64,000 bases of DNA from Clostridia bacterium (GCA_045589295.1 JAZNOU010000007.1:1-64000), one strand, 5' to 3'; shown: positions 9,354 through 18,704, numbered from the stretch's first letter. Made by a program: numbers and translations. Notes: a model not told the origin generated them from the sequence alone.

Positions 9354-11318
9354 TCACGAAATATCTGCAAGCTCTAGGTATTTACTACCAAATTCTGCGA
9401 TATAATCTTTTCTCCCCTGCAGATTATCTCCTAAAAGAATATCAAACATCGTTTTAGTAGTTTCCTCATCTTGTGGCATAACTTTAATTAATCTTCTTGT
9501 CTCTGGATTCATTGTAGTCCGCCACATCATTTCAGGTTCATTCTCGCCTAAACCTTTTGAACGTTGAATTGAACACTTTTGCCCCTCGAGTTTATTAAGA
9601 ATTTCTACTTTTTCAGCTTCATTGTATGCAAAAAAAGTTTCACCTTTACAAGTTATTTCAAAAAGTGGAGATTCTGCAATGAATACTTTACCTGCTTTTA
9701 TCAGCGTTGGCACGAGAGCATATAGCATTGTAAGTATCAATGTTCTAATCTGGAAACCGTCAACATCGGCATCTGTGCAAATAATTATTTTGTTCCATCT
9801 TAATGCATCTAAATTAAACATTTCTTGTGAATGTTTTGTTTTGATTTCAACGCCACAGCCCAAAACTTTAAGCAAATCTGTAATAATTTCACTTGAGAAT
9901 ATTTTGGAATAGTCAGCTTTAAGGCAGTTTAAAATTTTACCTCTTACAGGAATAATTGCCTGAAATTCAGCATCGCGGCCTTGCTTACAAGATCCCATAG
10001 CCGAATCACCTTCTACAATATACACTTCTCTTTTTGATACATCTTTTGTTCTGCAATCAATAAATTTCTGAACTCTGTTCGTAACATCAGTGTTTCCGCT
10101 TAATTTCTTTTTATAAGAAATTTTAGCTTTCTCAGCATTTTCTCTTGAACGCTTATTGAGAAGAATTTGGTCAGCGACTTTATCAGCCACAGCTTTATTT
10201 TCTATAAAAAAGATATCAAGTTGCTCTTTTAAAAATTCTGTCATAGCATCTTGGATAAATTTATTATTTATTGACTTCTTTGTTTGGTTTTCATAACTCG
10301 TGATTGTGGAAAAGCTGTTAGATACAAAAATTAAGCTATCTTCTATATCTACAAAGGTTATTTTACTTTCGTTGTTTTTATATTTATTTGAGTTCTTAAT
10401 TAATTTATCAATTGAATAAACAAAAGCATTTTTAACTGCCTTATCCGGTGAACCGCCATGTTCCAAAAAGCTGGAGTTGTGGTAATATTCAATTAAATTA
10501 ACCTCATTGTTAAATGAAAAGGCACACGAAATTTTAACCTTATATTCAGGCTTATCATCTCTGTCTCTACCACGTCTTTCTGTTTCGATATATTTAACTT
10601 CGGAAAAACTCTTATCATTTTCAATTTCTTTAATGTAGTCAACAATGCCGTCCGGATAAACAAATTCAAAGTTTAAATTTTCTTTATGATCAATGAATTT
10701 GAATCTTAGCCCCTTATTTACAACGGCTTGTTTCTTCATAACATTAATAAAATATTCAGATGGTATGTTAATATCAGTAAAAACCTCATTATCAGGTTTC
10801 CAGGTGATCTGTGTTCCTGTTATTTTACTTTCAGAAATTTCTTTAAATAAACCACCAAAATTTTCACCTTTTTCAAAATGAAGGGAATATTTAAATCCAT
10901 CACGATAAACTACAACATCCATGTATTCGGAAGAATATTGTGTAGCACATGCACCAAGTCCGTTTAAACCTAAAGAAAACTCATAGTTTTCATCAGAATC
11001 ATTTTTGTATTTGCCACCTGCATAAAGTTCACAAAAAACAAGTTCCCAGTTGTATCTGCCTTCTTTTTCATTATAATCAACAGGGATACCTCTACCTTTG
11101 TCGCTGACTTTTATTGAATTATCTGCAAAACGTTCAAGGGTAATCAGGGTTCCATAACCTTCCCTCGCCTCATCGATCGAATTAGAAAGTATTTCAAAAA
11201 CAGAATGTTGACAACCCTCAAGTCCGTCAGAACCAAACATAACCCCTGGTCTTAAACGAACTCTATCCGCACCTTTTAACGCAGTTATGCTTTCATTACC
11301 ATACTCCGTTTTTTTCAC
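9354..11318 (-). CDS. Type IIA DNA topoisomerase subunit B (ParE/GyrB family, divergent)
   Basis: DRVRLRPG, NSIDE, DKGRGIP, VEGDSA, PVRGKILN, TDADVDG, KGLGE; GTG start after AGGTGA. Confidence 0.9.
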   Translation of the reverse strand: MKKTEYGNESITALKGADRVRLRPGVMFGSDGLEGCQHSVFEILSNSIDEAREGYGTLITLERFADNSIKVSDKGRGIPVDYNEKEGRYNWELVFCELYAGGKYKNDSDENYEFSLGLNGLGACATQYSSEYMDVVVYRDGFKYSLHFEKGENFGGLFKEISESKITGTQITWKPDNEVFTDINIPSEYFINVMKKQAVVNKGLRFKFIDHKENLNFEFVYPDGIVDYIKEIENDKSFSEVKYIETERRGRDRDDKPEYKVKISCAFSFNNEVNLIEYYHNSSFLEHGGSPDKAVKNAFVYSIDKLIKNSNKYKNNESKITFVDIEDSLIFVSNSFSTITSYENQTKKSINNKFIQDAMTEFLKEQLDIFFIENKAVADKVADQILLNKRSRENAEKAKISYKKKLSGNTDVTNRVQKFIDCRTKDVSKREVYIVEGDSAMGSCKQGRDAEFQAIIPVRGKILNCLKADYSKIFSSEIITDLLKVLGCGVEIKTKHSQEMFNLDALRWNKIIICTDADVDGFQIRTLILTMLYALVPTLIKAGKVFIAESPLFEITCKGETFFAYNEAEKVEILNKLEGQKCSIQRSKGLGENEPEMMWRTTMNPETRRLIKVMPQDEETTKTMFDILLGDNLQGRKDYIAEFGSKYLELADIS

Positions 11319-11409
11319 AAAAAATTCATCACCTTTCAATCACTTGATTTTATAGCAAAATTTGCATATAATAACAGCAAATATTTAATTATAATAATTC
11401 ATACTATAT

Positions 11410-11438
11410 ATTGTACTATATATTTGAAAATATGTCAA
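11410..11438 (-). promoter_or_regulatory. SigmaA promoter of the topoisomerase operon
   Basis: TTGACA-17 bp-TACAAT. Confidence 0.8.
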
Positions 11439-11453
11439 GAGATGGGGTTAACT

Positions 11454-12251
11454 ATGACAAATGTTAAAAATTTTTTAGTGTATTTATTCAAAAAAAATAT
11501 TTTTATGCACTCTGCACAAACAGCATTTTATTTTTTAATGTCGCTTTTCCCGTTCATATATATAACCACAGTAATTCTATCCTTCTTTTCACTGTCTGTT
11601 GTGAGTTTTTTAGACAGTTTACACTATATCTTTCCATCAATCACATTTGATGTTATTTATAATAATTTTTTAACAATGCCGCTTGGATTTTCATCAATAA
11701 GAGCAATTTTATACTCTATAATTGCTCTTTGGTCCTCATCAATGCTTTTTAATTCTTTAAAGATAACTTTTGCAGAAAGTTACCCAAAAGATAAACTCCA
11801 AAGTAAAATCTTAATAAGAGCAATTTCAATAATAATTACAATCGCCGTTGTTTTCGTAATAGTATGTTCATTTTTTATCACTGTCAGTGTTGGCGTAGGA
11901 ATAAGCTTTATATCAAAACGCCTAGATTTAACACAAATTTCACACTTGGTAACCATATTAACCACGACAACAATCTTTGTTGTTGATATGGTTTTATTGT
12001 ATATGATTTTACCACCTAAAAGGATAAAGTTTGTCCAGGCAATGCCTGGTGCGATTTTTTCTACATTGGGTGTATCTATATCTTCTTTTTGTTTCTCATA
12101 TTATGTCAGCCAAATCGCGGACTATTCAAAACTTTACGGCGCAATGAGTAGTGTTATTGTTTTGCTATTATGGCTATACATCTGTTCTTTTGTAATAATA
12201 ACAGGTGGACACATTAATGCATATATTATGAAAACAAAAAACCGCACATAA
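11454..12251 (+). CDS. YihY/virulence factor BrkB family membrane protein
   Basis: SAQTAFYFLMSLFP, AMPGAIF, YSKLYGAMSSVIVLLLWLY. Confidence 0.9.
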   Translation: MTNVKNFLVYLFKKNIFMHSAQTAFYFLMSLFPFIYITTVILSFFSLSVVSFLDSLHYIFPSITFDVIYNNFLTMPLGFSSIRAILYSIIALWSSSMLFNSLKITFAESYPKDKLQSKILIRAISIIITIAVVFVIVCSFFITVSVGVGISFISKRLDLTQISHLVTILTTTTIFVVDMVLLYMILPPKRIKFVQAMPGAIFSTLGVSISSFCFSYYVSQIADYSKLYGAMSSVIVLLLWLYICSFVIITGGHINAYIMKTKNRT

Positions 12252-12262
12252 GTGCGGTTTTT
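12237..12262. terminator. Bidirectional intrinsic terminator
   Basis: aaaaaccgcac-ataa-gtgcggttttt between convergent genes. Confidence 0.85.
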
Positions 12263-12518
12263 AAAATATGTACTCGGCAAGGAATAAAAACGCAATACCA
12301 AGTATAGCAGTTAAATCTTTCTGATCTTCCGAAAGTAATAGTATGAGAATGCCAATTAAAACTATATCATCAATATGAAAATTTTCCAAGTTTGAACTGT
12401 TAATGTCAGATGCTACTTTTCTTACCGTAGAACCATCTTGGTTTATAGTAGGAAAATCTTCTGATTTTGGTATAATTGTATCGTAGTTTTCATATTGTCT
12501 TAGATATCTTCTATCCAC
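12261..12518 (-). CDS. Hypothetical small protein with C-terminal hydrophobic hairpin
   Basis: GTG start after GGCGGTG; DDIVLIGILILLL...AILGIAFLFL. Confidence 0.65.
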   Translation of the reverse strand: MDRRYLRQYENYDTIIPKSEDFPTINQDGSTVRKVASDINSSNLENFHIDDIVLIGILILLLSEDQKDLTAILGIAFLFLAEYIF

Positions 12519-12532
12519 ACTTTCACCGCCAA

Positions 12533-12898
12533 TCATTTTTTATTAAATTCAGAAACGGCATTTGACATTTTTATTGCAACTTTTACTTTTTCAAGATTAC
12601 TTACACGCTTAGTACTCAAATATGGAGAAAGTGCTTCCAACAATCTAATACCAGGTGTTGAATTATTTGAGTAAACGTTATATGCGTTGCTTATTTTTCT
12701 TATTATTTCACTATTCTGGCCTTGGTTTATAATGTTGCTTAAGAAATTTAAATCATTTGTATTCATAGTTGGACTGTTATCTACAGGCGGTTTTTGTTTT
12801 TCATCTACAGAAGCATTGCCTAAAATATCTTTTATATTTTTCATGGCATCAGGGTTAGAGAGTAAACTGCTGAATAAATTCATTGCATTATTTTCCAA
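12533..12898 (-). CDS. Hypothetical helical protein with LLxALxPYL motif
   Basis: LLSNPDAMKNI and RLLEALSPYLSTKRVSNLEK; RBS in end of upstream gene. Confidence 0.7.
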   Translation of the reverse strand: MENNAMNLFSSLLSNPDAMKNIKDILGNASVDEKQKPPVDNSPTMNTNDLNFLSNIINQGQNSEIIRKISNAYNVYSNNSTPGIRLLEALSPYLSTKRVSNLEKVKVAIKMSNAVSEFNKK

Positions 12899-12900
12899 AA

Positions 12901-13137
12901 CTATTCTCCCCTCATTTTTATAAGCAAATTAAATATATCCTCATTTGAAAGATTTTTTATTTTTTCAGTAATAGCATTAATATCATTGTGTGAAATATTT
13001 AACTGAGAAAACTTTTTTAACAGCGCCTCTTTGTCCAAAGGCCCTAACTGTTGCTTTAATTCATTACCTTTTGCAGAAGAAAGCAACTTGGATAATTTTT
13101 GTAAAACTTCCGGATCAAAATTATTATTAAAATTCAA
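12901..13137 (-). CDS. Hypothetical small helical protein (78 aa)
   Basis: TTG start after AAGGGGAG; 2-nt gap to next gene. Confidence 0.65.
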   Translation of the reverse strand: MNFNNNFDPEVLQKLSKLLSSAKGNELKQQLGPLDKEALLKKFSQLNISHNDINAITEKIKNLSNEDIFNLLIKMRGE

Positions 13138-13156
13138 GATAATCTCCCCTTTTTTG

Positions 13157-13188
13157 TTGGGTGCCATATTTAATTGTATGGCACCCAA
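13157..13188. other. Intercistronic 12-bp stem-loop without U-tail on the coding strand
   Basis: ttgggtgccata-8 nt-tatggcacccaa. Confidence 0.75.
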
Positions 13189-13200
13189 TTTAGAAATATG

Positions 13201-13284
13201 TTAGCAACCAAAGAGAATCAAAAATACTAAAATAAAGAATAAAATACTTGTATCCATGCCTTTTTCACATTTTTTGTTATACAT
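13201..13284 (-). CDS. Unannotated 27-aa hydrophobic peptide
   Basis: AGGAGG RBS then ATG; MYNKKCEKGMDTSILFFILVFLILFGC*; below ORF-track cutoff. Confidence 0.75.
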   Translation of the reverse strand: MYNKKCEKGMDTSILFFILVFLILFGC

Positions 13285-13327
13285 ACGTTACTCCTCCTAA
13301 TATTTTTTAGAACAGCAGTTCTCATTT

Positions 13328-13356
13328 CATATTATGTAGTTAAATGTGAACGTGTT
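13328..13356 (-). promoter_or_regulatory. SigmaK-like late mother-cell promoter
   Basis: AACA-16 bp-CATAATATG, matching mACm-N16-CATAnnnT. Confidence 0.6.
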
Positions 13357-13364
13357 ACTGAATA

Positions 13365-13393
13365 TTGACAAAATTTTATTTATGTACTAAACT
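13365..13393 (+). promoter_or_regulatory. SigmaA promoter
   Basis: TTGACA-17 bp-TAAACT. Confidence 0.7.
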
Positions 13394-13410
13394 AATTAGT
13401 GGTGATAACA

Positions 13411-13884
13411 TTGAAACGAATAATTGTTATATCTGATACTCATAGAAGCATTGGTAATTGCCTGGATATTCTCGATAATATAATAAATATTGATATTGTC
13501 ATCCATTTGGGAGATCATACCAGCGATGCAGAAGAGATTTCATCAATTTTCCCAGATGTTCAAATGATTAAAATCCGCGGGAACAATGATTTTGATTTTT
13601 CAACCCCAACTGAGCTCACACTTAATGTTGATGGTGTTAAAATTTTTTGTTGTCACGGACATATGTATAGCAAAAAATCGCTGTTTAAAATTGCACATGA
13701 CGAAGGATGTCAAATTATTCTATGTGGGCATACGCATATTAGCGAAATTTACGCTGATGGTGAAATCACTTTGCTTAATCCAGGAAGTATTTCACGTCCT
13801 AGAGATTATCATTGTTCGTATGGAGTTATTGAAATTGAAGACGGTAAATTTGGTTTGGATATTGTAAAAGGAGTTAAATTATGA
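13411..13884 (+). CDS. YfcE/MJ0936-family metallophosphoesterase
   Basis: SDTH, HLGD, RGNND, HGH, GHTH, NPGS motifs; TTG start after GGTGA. Confidence 0.9.
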   Translation: MKRIIVISDTHRSIGNCLDILDNIINIDIVIHLGDHTSDAEEISSIFPDVQMIKIRGNNDFDFSTPTELTLNVDGVKIFCCHGHMYSKKSLFKIAHDEGCQIILCGHTHISEIYADGEITLLNPGSISRPRDYHCSYGVIEIEDGKFGLDIVKGVKL

Positions 13885-14219
13885 ACTGTTCAATTTGCGG
13901 AAAAACTGTTAATGAAAATGATACCTTTTGTTTAAATTGTGGTTCACCACTAACTTTAAAGCAAAGAGCGTTTTCCACATTACCTCAAACAAAAAAAATT
14001 AGAATGCTCAAAGTTTCCGATTATCTTTTGATGCTTTTCATTTCGACTATACCTATTGTTAATGTTATATTTTTCTTAACTTGGATTATTTCTCCCAATG
14101 TTAACATCAACAAAAAGAACTACGCAATCGCTGCTTTGATTTTAACAGCAATCGCAATAGTCCTTTTGACCAGCATATTTGTTTTGTATTTATTTTATTT
14201 TAAAAACCTGTTGTTTTAA
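13881..14219 (+). CDS. Zinc-ribbon domain membrane protein
   Basis: CSICG...FCLNCG followed by hydrophobic segments. Confidence 0.75.
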   Translation: MNCSICGKTVNENDTFCLNCGSPLTLKQRAFSTLPQTKKIRMLKVSDYLLMLFISTIPIVNVIFFLTWIISPNVNINKKNYAIAALILTAIAIVLLTSIFVLYLFYFKNLLF

Positions 14220-15634
14220 AATCTAAAATCTCGTAATCCACACTCAATGTCAGAAAGATTCTGCTCTGCAATTTTTCTGACATTTTTATTTGGTATATTA
14301 TTTAATTCTGATTTGATAAGTTTGTCACCAATAATTTTTGTATCTTTGGTGGCATAATCTTCAATGAATTCTTTCAATGTTATCAAAGCATTTGGATGAC
14401 AGCAGTTTTGAATTTCTCCTGCTTTACAAAGCTCCATAAATCTGTCACCTGTTCTTCCCAATCGATAACATGCAGTGCAAAAACTCGGTATATACCCAAG
14501 TTCCATTAGCCATCTTACAACTTCATCCAACGTTCTTTTATCACTTACGTCAAATTGTTCAGACCCATCATCTTCAGGTTCATGCTCGCAGTATCCACCA
14601 ACACTTGTTTTTGAAGCACCGCTAATTTGCGAAACTCCCAGTGGCAAGACTTTTTCTCTACATTCTTTGCTTTCTCTTGTAGATATTATCATACCTGTGT
14701 ATGGAACAGCGATCCTAATACACGCGATAATTTTTGCAAAAATTTCATCATCAATTCCATTGTCAAAAACATCAGGATCAATGTCACTTGCACGTTTAAT
14801 TCTTGGGACGCTGATAGTATGCGGACCGACTCCATGTACTGCTTCCAAATGTTCTGCATGCATTAAAAGACCTGCAAACTCATATTTGTACATTTCGAGT
14901 CCAAACAAAACACCTAACCCAACATCATCTATTCCACCTTCCATAGCTCTGTCCATCGCTTCAGTGTGGTAGGCATAATCATGTTTTGGTCCGGTTGGGT
15001 GTAATTTTTCATAGCTGTCTTTGTGATAAGTTTCCTGAAATAAGATATACGTTCCTATTTCCGCTTCTTTTAATTTCCTGTAATTTTCTACTGTTGTTGC
15101 TGCAATATTTACATTTACACGCCTAATAGCACCATTCTTATGTTTTACATTATAAATAGTTTTGATGCAATCAATAATATACTCTATAGGATTATTAACA
15201 GGGTCTTCGCCAGCTTCAATAGCAAGTCTCTTATGTCCCATATCCTGAAGTGCAATAACTTCTTTTGCAACCTCTTCTTGTGTTAATTTTTTTCTTGGTA
15301 TCTGTTTGTTTTTAGCATGATACGGGCAATAAACACATCCGTTAACACAATAATTAGATAAATATAATGGTGCAAACATAACGATTCTGTTTCCATAAAG
15401 TGTCTTCTTTATTTTATTAGCAAGTTCAAAAATTTTTTCGTTAACAGCCTTATCTTCACACGCCAAAAGCACCGACGCTTCTTTATGCGTTAAGCCTTTG
15501 CATTCTTCAGCTTTTTTTAGAATTGAACTGATAAGTTCAAAGTTATTCCTATTTTCTTCAGCATATTGTAAGGTAGAAAGTATCTCAGTATGAGAAATAA
15601 ATTCCTCAGCTTTCATAGAATTTACGTTATACAT
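14216..15634 (-). CDS. hydG: [FeFe]-hydrogenase H-cluster radical SAM maturase HydG
   Basis: NYCVNGCVYC, LFQETY, GPHTISVPR and C-terminal CX2CX22C auxiliary cluster motif (distinguishes from ThiH). Confidence 0.93.
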   Translation of the reverse strand: MYNVNSMKAEEFISHTEILSTLQYAEENRNNFELISSILKKAEECKGLTHKEASVLLACEDKAVNEKIFELANKIKKTLYGNRIVMFAPLYLSNYCVNGCVYCPYHAKNKQIPRKKLTQEEVAKEVIALQDMGHKRLAIEAGEDPVNNPIEYIIDCIKTIYNVKHKNGAIRRVNVNIAATTVENYRKLKEAEIGTYILFQETYHKDSYEKLHPTGPKHDYAYHTEAMDRAMEGGIDDVGLGVLFGLEMYKYEFAGLLMHAEHLEAVHGVGPHTISVPRIKRASDIDPDVFDNGIDDEIFAKIIACIRIAVPYTGMIISTRESKECREKVLPLGVSQISGASKTSVGGYCEHEPEDDGSEQFDVSDKRTLDEVVRWLMELGYIPSFCTACYRLGRTGDRFMELCKAGEIQNCCHPNALITLKEFIEDYATKDTKIIGDKLIKSELNNIPNKNVRKIAEQNLSDIECGLRDFRF

Positions 15635-15657
15635 TTTTATCCCCTCCTGAAGTAAGA

Positions 15658-17103
15658 TTACTTATTTAGCCATGCTTTAAATAGTTGTGCGGCTACAGGC
15701 GCGCAATCACCGCCGCCAGTATTACCACTATATTCACATATAATAGCAACAGCAATTTGCGGATCATCTGCTGGTGCAAACCCTACAAACCATGTATGTT
15801 CTTTGTTTTTTGTTTCATTTTCAGCTGTTCCGGTTTTTCCAGCAACATTCATACCTTGAATTTTGGCATTATAACCTGTTCCACTATCTACAACCGTTGT
15901 CATATATTCTGCAACCTTTGAAGCTGTAGAAGAAGAAATAACTCTATCCCAAATTTGTGGTTTAGTACTTTCAACATTAATACCCAAACTGTTTGTTACT
16001 CTGCTTACTACATATGGCTTTTGCAAAATTCCATTATTTGCAACACATGCTGCCATTAATGCCATTTGCATAGGAGTAACCAAAAGTTTACCCTGACCAA
16101 TTGACAGTTGTGCAAAATCTGCCTTGTTTAATGTTTCATCATAATCAAATCTACTTTTTGATACAGAAAGTTCAAACGGTATCTTTTCACACAGTTTAAA
16201 CTTTTTCATATATTCTTTTACAACATCTTGTCCAAGCATATCACCTATCTGCATAAAACCAACATTACTTGAAACAGAAAAGGCTTGCTCAAGAGTAATG
16301 TCACCATATACTTTTTGACCACTATTGGTAAAGGTTTTGTTCCCAACAGTATATTCTCCTGTGTCATTAATCACAACATTGTCAAGTTCATTATCTAGTG
16401 CTGCACACAGCATAATAGTTTTAAAGATAGATCCGGGTGCATATAACCCGTTGGTGGCCCTGGCTAGAAATGGTGATGAAGAATCGTCATTAAGCAGTGC
16501 CCATTTTTCTTGCAAAGATTCACTATCAGGATAAAATGAAGGATTACTAAACATACATAGTACTTCACCAGTCTTGGGTTGAATAGCCACCACTGCCCCA
16601 TTTTTTCTACTCATCATTTTCGCTGCAACATTTTGTAAATTGTTAGAAATTGTAAGGGTAATGCTATCCCCTTTCTTTTGTCCGCTGATTTGTTCTGATA
16701 AATTTGATAACCCCCCCGGGTCAGATAATCCAGCAAGTTGTTTGTTATACGCCAATTCAAGCTGCGATTTCCCGTAAATTTTTGATGTATAACCTATAAT
16801 ATGTGTATATAATCTGTTGTACGGATAGACCCTTGTTTGACCTGTGCCAGACTCATTCATTACACTATGGGCAAGAACAACACCATCTCTATCAAGAATA
16901 TCTCCTCTTAGAGTATCCTTTTCCATCTCCCACTGCCTCTGGTTGAAAGAATTGTTTATAAATTTATCTTTTTCAAAAACTTCTATGTAAGTAAGATAAC
17001 CAACCAACGACAAAAACAATACACCGATCATACAAAGTGTAATAATCAGCCTGGTTTCTTCTTTGTAGATACTTACTGTTTTATCTAAATCGCTTTTTTT
17101 CAC
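15658..17103 (-). CDS. Class B penicillin-binding protein (PbpA-like transpeptidase)
   Basis: RGDILDRDG, PGSIFK (SxxK), SSN, KTGTAE. Confidence 0.9.
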   Translation of the reverse strand: MKKSDLDKTVSIYKEETRLIITLCMIGVLFLSLVGYLTYIEVFEKDKFINNSFNQRQWEMEKDTLRGDILDRDGVVLAHSVMNESGTGQTRVYPYNRLYTHIIGYTSKIYGKSQLELAYNKQLAGLSDPGGLSNLSEQISGQKKGDSITLTISNNLQNVAAKMMSRKNGAVVAIQPKTGEVLCMFSNPSFYPDSESLQEKWALLNDDSSSPFLARATNGLYAPGSIFKTIMLCAALDNELDNVVINDTGEYTVGNKTFTNSGQKVYGDITLEQAFSVSSNVGFMQIGDMLGQDVVKEYMKKFKLCEKIPFELSVSKSRFDYDETLNKADFAQLSIGQGKLLVTPMQMALMAACVANNGILQKPYVVSRVTNSLGINVESTKPQIWDRVISSSTASKVAEYMTTVVDSGTGYNAKIQGMNVAGKTGTAENETKNKEHTWFVGFAPADDPQIAVAIICEYSGNTGGGDCAPVAAQLFKAWLNK

Positions 17104-17130
17104 AAAATCCCTTCTCGTTTAAAATGCACA

Positions 17131-18351
17131 CTATTGTGAAGCATAATTTTTGTTTGCAATTGCCTCTAAAACAGCTACTGCGCAAAAGCTAATGAGCAGC
17201 GAACTTCCGCCGTAGCTTACAAATGGTAACGTAATACCTGTAAGCGGTATAAGTTTAATTACACCACCTAAAATAATAAATGTTTGGAAACCAAACAAAA
17301 TACTTATGCCAGCAGAAACACACCTGTAAAAAATATTGTTTACCTTCATAGATATTCTAATCCCACGATATACCAGCAAAAAATACAGCATAATTACTGC
17401 AACACTACCAAGAACGCCAAACTCTTCGCAAATTGCAGAGAATATAAAATCTGAATGTACCTCCGGTATATACTCCGGACTTCCTAAACCGATACCGCTA
17501 CCAAAAAAGCCACCTGAACCTATGGCAAAAAGTGATTGAGTAATCTGATAACCTCTACCCGTCATATCAGACCATGGGTCTACCCAAACATCTATCCTGG
17601 TTTTTATGTGCGAAACAAAAAGTGCACCTAAAACACACCCTATACTACACAGTAAAATATTTGCAATAATTATTCGTTTTTTTTCACCAAAAATATACAA
17701 AAGTGAGATAAACACAACAAAAACAAGGATTGCCGTACCCCACTCTCTTTGTAAAAGCATAAACCCTATAATTATGTAGATCATAATCGAAGCAACTAAA
17801 CCCTCGTATATATTATAAAAACGATATTTATCCGGCCTATTAAAACGATCGGCTATAAAAAAAACCGAAAGAACTTTTACAATTTCTGATGGCTGAAACC
17901 CATAGTTGCCAAAAAAAATCCAATTTTTAGCACCACCTCTGGTTGTTCCGATTAGCATCGTAGCAATTAATAGCATCGTTGCTAGCAGATAGTATAAATA
18001 ACCCAATTTAGGCCAAAAATTAAATTTCATTATAAAAAAATAAATTACAAAAAAACAAATTAAGCTAATTGCAAGCCACTTCAATTGTCTGTACCCATAA
18101 TAACCATCCAATCTGTAAAGCATTATTTCACCGATGGAAAACAGCATAGATACAATCAAAAAAATATACCCATCTTGAACACCAAATTTAGAAGTCAAAA
18201 TATACGAAAAACAGAGCATGCCAATTACGGCAAGCCCAACATAAAGCATATCTTTATCGTAATTTTGTCCCGAAAATGACAACAATCCATACCCTAAGAC
18301 ATTTAGAAGTATGATCATTGTAATCGGACGTCTGGTGTTAAAAAGTTTCAT
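17131..18351 (-). CDS. FtsW/RodA/SpoVE SEDS family protein
   Basis: FQPSE, IPEVHSDFIF, PLTGITLPFVSYGGSS. Confidence 0.92.
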   Translation of the reverse strand: MKLFNTRRPITMIILLNVLGYGLLSFSGQNYDKDMLYVGLAVIGMLCFSYILTSKFGVQDGYIFLIVSMLFSIGEIMLYRLDGYYGYRQLKWLAISLICFFVIYFFIMKFNFWPKLGYLYYLLATMLLIATMLIGTTRGGAKNWIFFGNYGFQPSEIVKVLSVFFIADRFNRPDKYRFYNIYEGLVASIMIYIIIGFMLLQREWGTAILVFVVFISLLYIFGEKKRIIIANILLCSIGCVLGALFVSHIKTRIDVWVDPWSDMTGRGYQITQSLFAIGSGGFFGSGIGLGSPEYIPEVHSDFIFSAICEEFGVLGSVAVIMLYFLLVYRGIRISMKVNNIFYRCVSAGISILFGFQTFIILGGVIKLIPLTGITLPFVSYGGSSLLISFCAVAVLEAIANKNYASQ

Positions 18352-18704
18352 TATTCAGAAATTTCCGGAAGCTGTATTCCTTTTACACCAACATTTACTT
18401 TTTGAACTAATAAACCTGTCATTGTTTCAACTGCATTTTTAACTTTGCCCTGAATTTCCCAGGAAACTTCCTGCATTTTGACGCCATATTTAACTATAAT
18501 ATCTATATCTACTGATATAACTCCATCACGCATCTCTGCAGAAACGCCTTTTGACAATGACTTCATACCAAACAATCCTGTTTTTCCTGAGTCATAGATT
18601 CCAACAACGCCCTCAACATCTCCAACAGCAATTGAAGAAACCACAGAAATAACTTCATCTGAAATTCTAACTTCGCCGAACTCATTTTGTTTTTCTAGCA
18701 TCAT
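18351..18704 (-). CDS. Asp23/Gls24 family (YqhY-like) protein
   Basis: GEVRISDEVI...VKNAVETMTGLLVQKVNV. Confidence 0.9.
   Translation of the reverse strand: MMLEKQNEFGEVRISDEVISVVSSIAVGDVEGVVGIYDSGKTGLFGMKSLSKGVSAEMRDGVISVDIDIIVKYGVKMQEVSWEIQGKVKNAVETMTGLLVQKVNVGVKGIQLPEISE

Noticed and set aside
13201-13284. 27-aa peptide as a type I toxin
   Set aside because: No antisense promoter-terminator unit seen; the operon context and sigmaK-like promoter fit a spore protein better, though this is not excluded
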